Positions 39,080 through 46,242 of a stretch of DNA of 58,096 nucleotides are shown here, in pieces. Under the pieces are notes generated by a model. That model searched no databases, was not told where the DNA came from, and saw only the letters and a list, made by a program, of their open reading frames with translations. The translations under genes were made by a program, and so were the position numbers. The stretch comes from a virus, in IMG/VR virus record IMGVR_UViG_3300027609_000006, positions 1-58,096 of that record; one strand, 5' to 3'. The stretch's first letter is position 1. Each line of letters starts with the position of its first letter.

Positions 39080-40133
39080 TTTCTTCGGCCTCCTTGGGAT
39101 TGAGTTTTGCAACCCGAGACTTTTCCGCCCGACCAGGAGGAGTACTGGATTGCAACCGCTGTTTAATTGTCTCCAGATCCAACATCGAATGCGGCCTCAT
39201 CGCCGGCAACTTCGTAATCTGTCGGCTAACACCATCCGGAGCCTTGCTGGAATCGTACGTCGTAATGCGCGGGAACCTTCCAGACTCCAAAACTCCCAGT
39301 TCGGGCGCCCAAATCCATCCTTCACCGGTTCGGAGGGAAGCCAGCGATCGCAGCATTTCCCTGCCCTCGTGCGGTTGTGCCCATTCCCCAATCCAATCCT
39401 CGATCGCGCGGCGGTCCTGGGGGGCGATCAGCCGCAATACGATCAGCGTTTCGGACTGAGTAATCGAATCTTTGTGGACTTTCGCCGGGCGTTGGGAAAT
39501 GAGGACAATTCGTAGGCCAATTCCACGGCCGAGACTAACCAGGTTGTTGGCAGCATCGAGCATCCGCACGCCGGCGGCATCCGATGGCCGGGCTTGCGGC
39601 ATGAACAGGTGCGCTTCGTCGATCATTAGCGTGAGTGGGCCGCGGTTCGTCCGCAGCAGAGTTTCCGCGAAATCCGCGAAGAACGTCGTGCGCTCCTTGA
39701 TGGTCATGATGCGGGTGTCTAGCACGGCGGACGTGTCGGTGGTCCCGATGATTTCGCCCAGCGCGGTGCCGTGATGGGGCAGCAGAAATACATCATCCGG
39801 CGGCCGCGCTATCGGATGAGGTAGGCCATGTTCTCGCCCAAACAGATAGATCGGGAATCCCGGCTTCTTTCCAGTCGAATCCGCTCGCAAGCCCCACCAG
39901 ACGCCCGTGGGATCGATCACGCAGAGGCGCCGGTGTTTTGCCAAGAGCAGTTCCGCGAAGCCTTTCGCTGCGTAACTTTTTCCCGAGCCAGTTTTCCCCA
40001 GAATCGCGATATGCTGCTCCAGTAGTTTCATGAACAGTGCGCGCCGCTGGATCGGATTGGCCGGATCTCCACCTTCGGTGAGTGTGGAGACGAGCTGCTG
40101 AGCTGCTCGGTGTAATGAGGAGAGGTCTTTCAT
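39072..40133 (-). CDS. FtsK/HerA-superfamily ATPase (candidate genome-packaging ATPase)
   Basis: Walker A ILGKTGSGKS. Walker B LTLMIDEAHLF. RIVLISQRP. Confidence 0.75.
   Translation of the reverse strand: MKDLSSLHRAAQQLVSTLTEGGDPANPIQRRALFMKLLEQHIAILGKTGSGKSYAAKGFAELLLAKHRRLCVIDPTGVWWGLRADSTGKKPGFPIYLFGREHGLPHPIARPPDDVFLLPHHGTALGEIIGTTDTSAVLDTRIMTIKERTTFFADFAETLLRTNRGPLTLMIDEAHLFMPQARPSDAAGVRMLDAANNLVSLGRGIGLRIVLISQRPAKVHKDSITQSETLIVLRLIAPQDRRAIEDWIGEWAQPHEGREMLRSLASLRTGEGWIWAPELGVLESGRFPRITTYDSSKAPDGVSRQITKLPAMRPHSMLDLETIKQRLQSSTPPGRAEKSRVAKLNPKEAEENA
39084..39142 (-). repeat. SAR arm, R-form
   Basis: Minus strand CTCCTCCTGGTCGGGCGG..CCAAGGAGGCCGAAG. Confidence 0.8.
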
Positions 40134-40136
40134 CCT

Positions 40137-40457
40137 TTATTTGGCCTCGCCGGAGGGTCGGGCTTCGTCGGAAGCTGCACGCTCGACATGGGCGACGATC
40201 TCCCTTTTGGCTATTTCCCGGATGAATCCTGCTTCGTCGCGCCAATGCCCCAATTCCTCACCACATCTAGCACATCGAACATCCACTTGGAATTTGTACC
40301 CGCGAAAGCGATCTACCAGAAGAGCGCCACGATGAAAACAAAAAACGGGCCATCTGAACTCTGAGCGCGCGGCGACAATTTGCACCCCGCCCCTGACGTA
40401 CCCAGCTTTAATATATTCCAAAAACTTGTCAACGGAAGGTTTCTCTGATTGGCTCAT
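40137..40457 (-). CDS. Zinc-ribbon protein inserted between the two ATPase copies
   Basis: GGGAGGA lies 3 nt before the ATG. Contains CARCGEELGH. Ends ..PSGEAK in an R arm. Confidence 0.55.
   Translation of the reverse strand: MSQSEKPSVDKFLEYIKAGYVRGGVQIVAARSEFRWPVFCFHRGALLVDRFRGYKFQVDVRCARCGEELGHWRDEAGFIREIAKREIVAHVERAASDEARPSGEAK
40138..40194 (-). repeat. SAR arm, R-form
   Basis: Minus strand GCCCATGTCGAGCGTGC..CGGCGAGGCCAAATAAAGG, then ATG 40133. Confidence 0.85.
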
Positions 40458-40825
40458 AAATCCTCCCAAGCTGCGACGAGGGTGGCCCACGCGTGCGGAT
40501 CAAGCGGAAGGTCCGCGTGCTCCCCGCCAAAAACGTAGATCGGGAAGGCTGGCCGCTTCCCGGTTTTGTCGGATCGGAGGCCCCACCAGACGCCCGTGGG
40601 GTCCAGGATGCAGACGCGCTGCTTTTTTGCGAGCAATAATTCGGCGAATCCCTTCGCAGTGAAGGTTTTCCCGCAACCTGTTTTTCCCAAAATTGCGATG
40701 TGCTGCTCCAGCAGCTTCATGAACAGCGCGCGCTGCGCGATCGGATTGGCCGGATCTCCACCTTCGGTGAGCGTGGAGACGAGCTGTTGAGCTGCTCGGT
40801 GTAATGAGGAGAGGTCGCCTTTCAT
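40454..40825 (-). CDS. Truncated paralog of the FtsK/HerA ATPase (N-terminal ~105 aa, Walker A only; possibly a pseudogene)
   Basis: MKGDLSSLHRAAQQLVSTLTEGGDPANPI..ILGKTGCGKT..DPTGVWWGL aligns with residues 1-105 of 39072..40133. The first ~90 nt are nearly identical. Confidence 0.6.
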   Translation of the reverse strand: MKGDLSSLHRAAQQLVSTLTEGGDPANPIAQRALFMKLLEQHIAILGKTGCGKTFTAKGFAELLLAKKQRVCILDPTGVWWGLRSDKTGKRPAFPIYVFGGEHADLPLDPHAWATLVAAWEDL

Positions 40826-41241
40826 GGTTTAGCCTCCGTCGGCTTGGGAGTCTTCGCGCGAGGCTTTCGCGCCCGACCAGGAGAGGTTTCTGTCTCCGTC
40901 ATCACTCCTGCCAGGAATCCATTGATCGCCCCGATCATGAACAAACAAGACGCTACTGTATGGATAATCTGAAATGTTTCACCCCACGCCTTTTCAAATC
41001 CCTCCGTCGTCAACTCCTCGCGCTCTGAGTCCACCCAGTCTACGATTATCTTGAGTACATCGTCTGCTGAGCCAATTATGTTTCGCCGGTAGTCCTTGTT
41101 TTTTTGAAGAAACTTCGCGATCCTCTTTACCACGTCTTCATCTAATTCCGCGCCGCAATAACCAGCGTCCCTTAAGGCTTGCTTGAATTCCGGCCTCTCC
41201 TCCACGACCAGGGCGAGTGGATTTCTCTGCGGTTTTTTCAC
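40822..41241 (-). CDS. Hypothetical protein (C-terminal TM)
   Basis: GTG start 3 nt after the AGGAGAAGG of an F arm. Ends ..KPTEAKP. Confidence 0.6.
   Translation of the reverse strand: MKKPQRNPLALVVEERPEFKQALRDAGYCGAELDEDVVKRIAKFLQKNKDYRRNIIGSADDVLKIIVDWVDSEREELTTEGFEKAWGETFQIIHTVASCLFMIGAINGFLAGVMTETETSPGRARKPRAKTPKPTEAKP
40826..40887 (-). repeat. SAR arm, R-form
   Basis: Minus strand CTCTCCTGGTCGGGCGCG..GCCGACGGAGGCTAAACC, then ATG 40825. Confidence 0.9.
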
Positions 41242-41900
41242 AGTCCTTCTCCTGGTCGAACGATCCCGCTCCCAGTTGCAGCACCACCCTGCGATGAGGC
41301 CAAATTACTAAGCCTTTGAATTACCAGCCACACCCCAGCCCTGGACCTCCCCATCATCTTCGCAATCTCCGTGTCTGAAAGCCCCTGGTTGTGCAGATCC
41401 ATAATCTTCAACTCCTCAATCGGCGGGCTAGACTTGGGCCTCCCTAGCCGCACACCCTTCCGCCGCGCGTTGTCCAGGCCGGCCCTGACACGCTCCACGA
41501 TCATTTCCCGCTCGAACTCCGCGAAGGCTCCAACAGTTTGAAAGAAGAACCGGCCCATCGGTGTGGTGGTGTCGATGTCCTGGGTTGCGGAGATGAAATC
41601 GATGCCCAGTGCGCGAAACAACTCCAGGGCTTCCATCAGAGATTGGAGTGATCGGGCGAACCGGTCGAACTTCCAGACCAGCACGACGTCGAAGCGCTTC
41701 TGTTTCGAATCAGCCATTAATCGCTGGTATGCGGGTGCCTGCCCGGCCTTTCGTTTGGAAACCACTCCGGTCACCTGGTCGACGTACTGATTGAAGACTT
41801 CGAAGTTGCGGCGCTGGGAGTAGTCGATCAGGGATGTGATTTGAGAATCCGCTGATTGGTCTGAGGTCGAGACGCGAGCGTAGATCGCCACTTTTTTCAT
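41238..41900 (-). CDS. Small serine recombinase (resolvase/invertase family)
   Basis: VAIYARVSTSDQ, VWKFDRFARS, C-terminal HTH GLSDTEIAKMMGRSRAGV. The last ~20 aa are F-arm translation. Confidence 0.9.
   Translation of the reverse strand: MKKVAIYARVSTSDQSADSQITSLIDYSQRRNFEVFNQYVDQVTGVVSKRKAGQAPAYQRLMADSKQKRFDVVLVWKFDRFARSLQSLMEALELFRALGIDFISATQDIDTTTPMGRFFFQTVGAFAEFEREMIVERVRAGLDNARRKGVRLGRPKSSPPIEELKIMDLHNQGLSDTEIAKMMGRSRAGVWLVIQRLSNLASSQGGAATGSGIVRPGEGL
41245..41306 (-). repeat. SAR arm, F-form
   Basis: Minus strand AATTTGGCCTCATCGCAGG..GATCGTTCGACCAGGAGAAGG. Confidence 0.9.
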
Positions 41901-42151
41901 TTGGCCTCAGTCGATTTCTGGGCGCTGTCGGCTTGCGTGCGCTCGACAGTCGGATCTGGTCTCGCCGCGATCGCTATCAAAGCTGAAATGGTACCGATCC
42001 CAATGTTCACAATGACCGCCTGCAATTGCTTCGCATCGGTTAGCGGACTGGAGATTGTCCCAAACAACATGAGTAAGATTATTGACCCAAAGGCCCACAG
42101 AAAACCGAGAAAGCGCAGCATTTCCGTAATCCATCTTGGCAACAACGTCAC
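41897..42151 (-). CDS. Small multi-TM membrane protein
   Basis: GTG start 3 nt after GGGAGGG. Ends ..KSTEAK. Confidence 0.55.
   Translation of the reverse strand: MTLLPRWITEMLRFLGFLWAFGSIILLMLFGTISSPLTDAKQLQAVIVNIGIGTISALIAIAARPDPTVERTQADSAQKSTEAK
41900..41958 (-). repeat. SAR arm, R-form
   Basis: Minus strand CCAGATCCGACTGTCGAGCGCAC..GACTGAGGCCAA, directly followed by ATG 41900. Confidence 0.85.
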
Positions 42152-42154
42152 AAA

Positions 42155-42180
42155 CCCTCCCTGTCGAGCGCACAGCCGAT
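42155..42180 (-). repeat. SAR arm, F-form, 5'-truncated
   Basis: Only GTGCGCTCGACAGGGAGGG is retained. Confidence 0.55.
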
Positions 42181-42882
42181 CTACTCACAACTGCATTCGT
42201 CTTCCGGCTCTTCCCTGTACGCGCTGTCGTACGAATCGAGCACGATCCGGCTTTTCTGCATATAGAGTCCGATCAACAGCCGTTCGAAACCGTGATTGCG
42301 TGAAAGGAAAAACTTCTTATCTAGCGACTCGCCGTTGATCGTGACCGAGTATATTGTCCCCTCTTTGTTGAGGAACAGGGACATGTCGCGATGCGCGTAG
42401 GTCGATTTGCTGCTGCCGTCCGGATTCAGCCGTATGGTGGTGTAGCCGTAATCGGTATTTTCCACCTTGACGGAAACTCGATCCGCCCGCTTGCGCTCAT
42501 AATCCTTTTCGAAGTGCTCAATGAATGCGGCGACCAGCTCCGACAGTTTCAACTCGGCAGGCACCGGCTTGTGGAGATCATCCAGCAGTTTGTCGAATTC
42601 AACGGCAAACTCCTGCGTCATCTTCTCTTCAATTCGCTTTTTGACGATGCTGCGGATAATCAGATGGTACCGTTGAATATCGAAGTCGGTGGGGTCGAAT
42701 GTCAGCGCATCTCCCACGGCTTTATCCAGCGCTTTCTTGAACGACGAATAGTGCCCGAACTGTTCGGCGAACGCCTTCGAGACCGCGCTGTTGACGTTGT
42801 CCGCTACCAGTTTCTCAATTATCCCGCCCTCCAGCGACTTCGCTAGCGCATCGTTCACCGTCGTCTGTAGATCAAACCCCAT
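42181..42882 (-). CDS. Hypothetical protein (233 aa)
   Basis: ATG 8 nt after the GGGAGGG of an F arm. Confidence 0.7.
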   Translation of the reverse strand: MGFDLQTTVNDALAKSLEGGIIEKLVADNVNSAVSKAFAEQFGHYSSFKKALDKAVGDALTFDPTDFDIQRYHLIIRSIVKKRIEEKMTQEFAVEFDKLLDDLHKPVPAELKLSELVAAFIEHFEKDYERKRADRVSVKVENTDYGYTTIRLNPDGSSKSTYAHRDMSLFLNKEGTIYSVTINGESLDKKFFLSRNHGFERLLIGLYMQKSRIVLDSYDSAYREEPEDECSCE

Positions 42883-42889
42883 GCTGTAT

Positions 42890-42951
42890 TCCCTCCCTGT
42901 CGAGCGCACATCCTTGGACGCCCCTCCCAAAATTCCGGCGAGGCCAAAACA
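42890..42951 (-). repeat. SAR arm, F-form
   Basis: Minus strand GTTTTGGCCTCGCCGGAAT..GTGCGCTCGACAGGGAGGG. Confidence 0.85.
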
Positions 42952-43167
42952 TAGTCTGCCACAAAACACCAGTTTTTCAAGGTACTAAAGTACTGTTATT
43001 AAGTACCATTGTTTTCAATCCCTGAAACCGCTAGGATGCAGAGAGGTTTTATAGCAGCCACCCAATGCCCCGAAAAGACCCCTACCGCGAGTTTCTCCGC
43101 AACAAAGGGTAATTATATAGTTGACAAACTTTCAGGAATTCGCTAACCTTGGTTTCGGCGTGACAGG

Positions 43168-43329
43168 TCAGGCGCGCTTCTTTGCCTTGGCTCTCTTCCG
43201 CGCCCGCGCCCGTTTCGCCTCTTCCTTGACCACATCCTCTTTCGAGACAGTGAACATCTTGCGGACGGCGTAGTCCATACGTTCCTGCTCTGTATCACCC
43301 GGAACGTTCGGTGCTGGCGCTGGCTTCAT
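43168..43329 (-). CDS. 53-aa basic protein, paralog of 15161..15379 (below the ORF-track cutoff)
   Basis: Hand translation MKPAPAPNVPGDTEQERMDYAVRKMFTVSKEDVVKEEAKRARARKRAKAKKRA. ATGA overlap with the PIN gene. Confidence 0.45.
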   Translation of the reverse strand: MKPAPAPNVPGDTEQERMDYAVRKMFTVSKEDVVKEEAKRARARKRAKAKKRA

Positions 43330-43841
43330 TCGTCGAAATCCTCCGGGGCAGGCCCAATGCGTTTCGGAGCCATGCCTTCAAATGTTGGCTGGTCCGACAT
43401 GAAGGAAGGCTCCTCTACGGTGATGCGATTAGCGACGCCACCGAAGTCTCGGTCCCATGCTTGCAGTGCGTCTATTTTCCACAAAATCGCGGAGGCCGCA
43501 TGGACGGCGTCCGCTGGTTGTAGCTCGTGGTCACGAGCGAGATCCGCAGCAAAGAAGGCAGTCCGAGGATCTAGCTCTATTGTTGTTAGAAACGGCCACC
43601 GAAACATCCCGTTAATCATTGTTATTTCGCCAGCCGTGAGCTTACGCGCGTTGGGTATGGACTTCTTCTTCGGTCTGATGACTTCCGCAATCGTGTAGGT
43701 TGAGGTGTACAATCGGATCTTTCCATCGGCGGCGTGCTGTAAAATGTCTTCGCAAATCCTTCGGCGCAATTCCTCGCCTATGCCCAGGAAGCATAGGAAA
43801 ATGGATGTATCCCAGTAAATTTGGCGGATTAACCTAGCCAT
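43326..43841 (-). CDS. PIN-domain (VapC-like) nuclease
   Basis: YWDTSIF, TIAEV, PADAVHAASA, AWDRDF give the acidic-residue pattern of PIN. Confidence 0.7.
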   Translation of the reverse strand: MARLIRQIYWDTSIFLCFLGIGEELRRRICEDILQHAADGKIRLYTSTYTIAEVIRPKKKSIPNARKLTAGEITMINGMFRWPFLTTIELDPRTAFFAADLARDHELQPADAVHAASAILWKIDALQAWDRDFGGVANRITVEEPSFMSDQPTFEGMAPKRIGPAPEDFDE

Positions 43842-44595
43842 TGCGCAGTTCGTCCATATGCTCTTTTAGGGACACGCCGCTATACAGATCGCTAAGCAGT
43901 CCAGACATCTCCTGAATGCCCGGAAACCCAATAGGCTTCAGCGCGGTGAACTCATGGACGTTTACGAGAAAGGGTTCGCCCTGGGCATTCCTGTGGACTT
44001 CTCCGAAGACTTCTACTTCCTGCTTGAGGTGCCTCGCCACCTGGGCCAGCATGGATTTCTTGAAGCGACAAGTCACAGCCTGCTTCGTCACCGCTGGCCA
44101 TATGCGAAATTCGTGACCATCGTGCACCGTTATAGCGTCAAGACTGCCACGGATTGAACCAAGGCTCACAGTGCCGGTTGCGATCAAATACTCGACGTTG
44201 TTGAATAGCCGCTGATCTACAAGAGACTGATGTGCTTCGGAATAGATGACCAGCCCTTTCACTTTCCTGGACTGCTCGGCTATATTTCTGGCGTTCTCAA
44301 GAGCGGAATACGAGTAGTTTTCTGGATGCTCGGGGCGTTCCGACAACCTGTCGAGACCATCCAAAATGGAGAATTGGACCTTCTCGGCGTAGTCCTTGGT
44401 TTTTGAGCGCAACACCGGCGCGTATTCAACAATTGCGGGACTGTTCTTACTCAACGCAGCCAAGTCCCAACCCAGGCTACCTCTGGATTGTTTTGAGACC
44501 GCTCTCTCAACGTCGTTGATTAGATCATAAAAATTGTTCAGACTCTTCGTGAATACGCCCGCAGAAACCTTTCCAGTGAATCGGATGCCGATCAT
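43834..44595 (-). CDS. Hypothetical protein co-transcribed with the PIN gene
   Basis: GGGAGG lies 4 nt before ATG 44595. 8-nt overlap with the PIN start. Confidence 0.6.
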   Translation of the reverse strand: MIGIRFTGKVSAGVFTKSLNNFYDLINDVERAVSKQSRGSLGWDLAALSKNSPAIVEYAPVLRSKTKDYAEKVQFSILDGLDRLSERPEHPENYSYSALENARNIAEQSRKVKGLVIYSEAHQSLVDQRLFNNVEYLIATGTVSLGSIRGSLDAITVHDGHEFRIWPAVTKQAVTCRFKKSMLAQVARHLKQEVEVFGEVHRNAQGEPFLVNVHEFTALKPIGFPGIQEMSGLLSDLYSGVSLKEHMDELRNG

Positions 44596-44739
44596 GCAAC
44601 CTCCCGGGATTCGCATTCACAGCTTCCCATTTTTTCGCCTTCCGCGTCCCTGCCTCTGTTGCGGACGCCAACGTTGGTCATGATCGTTGTTCCGCTGTTT
44701 CGGTCTTGCCCGTCAAAACCGATTCGTCAGCCGTTTTCA

Positions 44740-44968
44740 AAACCATCCTCCGCCACATCTGCCCATTGCAACTTCAGGTGACCGCGCGCGTCAAGCTGAA
44801 AGCGTCCGACCAGGAGAAGTTCTGAATCTTCACCGGAGGTTCTTGGGGGACTGTTGGCACCCGTCCTCCGGCGCGTTTGGTTCGGAGGACCGCGTCGGGA
44901 CCCGATCCAAAACTTTCTCCTGGTCGAACGCTCTGAACTCGATGGCTCACTCTTCCGAATGAGGCTAA
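44740..44968 (-). repeat. Complete SAR hairpin on the minus strand, with a ~95-nt apical insert
   Basis: Minus strand F: GGAATTAGCCTCATTCGG..GAGCGTTCGACCAGGAGAAAG. R: CTTCTCCTGGTCGGACGCTTTC.., with a degenerate 3' end GGCGGAGGATGG. Confidence 0.8.
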
Positions 44969-44971
44969 TTC

Positions 44972-45931
44972 CTACTTCAAAACCGCATTCCCGGTCAACT
45001 TCGCGTTTCCTGTGATGCTTCCAAGTGGGTTTGCCACTCCCAGCGGGATTACCGTCCCCTGCTTTGCCTGCGTTGCCGTGTTCGTCGTGAGGATCGGCGT
45101 TGTCCACGTTGCCCAATTGTCGGTTGAAACGCTGTAGAACAATTGCCCGCCCGAGATGCTGTCAAAATCGAGATCGAGGAAAAGCCTCCAGCTGCTGGTA
45201 CCCGTCCGGACCAGCGCCGGGCCTTCCACGCACCCCTGACTGACCAGCCCGGCCCAATTACCGGTTTTCACGTTGGTGTACGTCCCCAAAAGCGTGGCGC
45301 TGCTCGCATATTGGATGTTGCAGGAGCCGTCCTGGAGTTTGTACCAGAGGTAGTAGGTGCCGCTCAGATAGACCGGGAAAACGTCGATCAGCGTGCTGAC
45401 TCCGGTAACCGTGACGGCCTGCACATTCGACCATGTGGAGAAATCCGCTGCCGTCGGGTGAATCTCAAAAACCTGGAAGTTGCCGCCGCCGTTGGTGCTG
45501 ATCGTCAGAAACACGTGCACCGATGCGAGGCCGGAGCCGTTCGGGTCAATAAACCATTCGGGCGCCCACGCGAAAACGGCGTTTGGAATGCCCATCGTGG
45601 TCAGGTCCAGAGTGGCGTGGGGTGCCCAGTTGATTCCGTCCGTTGAGTGTGACCAGGCGATGACGTAGGAGTTGGGCGATGAGCAACTGTTCGTGTGGAT
45701 CAGATAGTAGAGCCCAGAGTACGTCATGATCGACGGGTCGCGTGGGCCGTTTGTTCCTGGAGGTGGAGTCAGGCAGTCATAGGTAGGGCTTTGGGAGGTC
45801 CAGTTTGTCAAATCCGTTGATGTGAATACTTCAAAGGTGACGTTGGTTCCGGAGTCGGCAAAGGAGACTAATTCGTAGGTCGTTTGGGCGAATAGGGGGA
45901 GTGTGAGGAGCAGCAGGAGGAGGCTTTTCAT
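44972..45931 (-). CDS. Secreted GH43-like five-bladed-propeller glycoside hydrolase
   Basis: Signal peptide MKSLLLLLLTLPLFAQT. GPRDPSIM, WAPEWF, CVEGPAL. Confidence 0.6.
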   Translation of the reverse strand: MKSLLLLLLTLPLFAQTTYELVSFADSGTNVTFEVFTSTDLTNWTSQSPTYDCLTPPPGTNGPRDPSIMTYSGLYYLIHTNSCSSPNSYVIAWSHSTDGINWAPHATLDLTTMGIPNAVFAWAPEWFIDPNGSGLASVHVFLTISTNGGGNFQVFEIHPTAADFSTWSNVQAVTVTGVSTLIDVFPVYLSGTYYLWYKLQDGSCNIQYASSATLLGTYTNVKTGNWAGLVSQGCVEGPALVRTGTSSWRLFLDLDFDSISGGQLFYSVSTDNWATWTTPILTTNTATQAKQGTVIPLGVANPLGSITGNAKLTGNAVLK

Positions 45932-46230
45932 GGTTTGGCCTCCATCGGTTGATCGGCTTCGTGCGGCGTGCCGCGTCCGACCAGGAGGGACTTCAGTAGG
46001 TTCTCGAAGGAAACAAAAGGATGATCACACCAGTAGTCGGCGTCGTGACCAGGCCACAGTTCGGCGCGAAGGCAGAACTTCCCGTATTCGCGTTCATACC
46101 AGAAGCACGGAGGGCCGCCGTTCCTCACCACCTGCCCCCAGTCGGCGGCCTTTGCGGCTACCAGAAGTTGAACGTCTCCTGGTCGAACGCTTTCAGGTGC
46201 GGGTGTCTCGCTGCTCGATGAGGCCGACAT
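45928..46230 (-). CDS. Cassette ORF (100 aa) bounded exactly by an F arm and an R arm
   Basis: GGGAGGA lies 6 nt before ATG 46230. MSASSSS..ESVRPGD is F-arm translation and ..LLVGRGTPHEADQPMEAKP is R-arm translation. Confidence 0.55.
   Translation of the reverse strand: MSASSSSETPAPESVRPGDVQLLVAAKAADWGQVVRNGGPPCFWYEREYGKFCLRAELWPGHDADYWCDHPFVSFENLLKSLLVGRGTPHEADQPMEAKP
45932..45990 (-). repeat. SAR arm, R-form
   Basis: Minus strand CCCTCCTGGTCGGACGCGG..CCGATGGAGGCCAAACC, then ATG 45931. Confidence 0.9.
46173..46230 (-). repeat. SAR arm, F-form (translated)
   Basis: Minus strand ATGTCGGCCTCATCGAGC..AAAGCGTTCGACCAGGAGACG. Confidence 0.9.
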
Positions 46231-46242
46231 AAAAATTCCTCC

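Noticed and set aside
41238-41900. The serine recombinase as the enzyme that moves SAR cassettes or the TIR elements.
   Set aside because: No sequence evidence links it to either. Serine recombinases do not make 8-bp target duplications. About 67 potential sites would make the genome unstable. It is more likely a resolvase, invertase or integration enzyme. It is kept only as a testable alternative.
43107-43130. A third TIR element, suggested by GGGTAATTATATAG (12/12 identity to the MTase-element terminus).
   Set aside because: I found no inverted partner or flanking duplication nearby. TTGACA follows it directly, so it may be a solo end or just an AT-rich promoter region.
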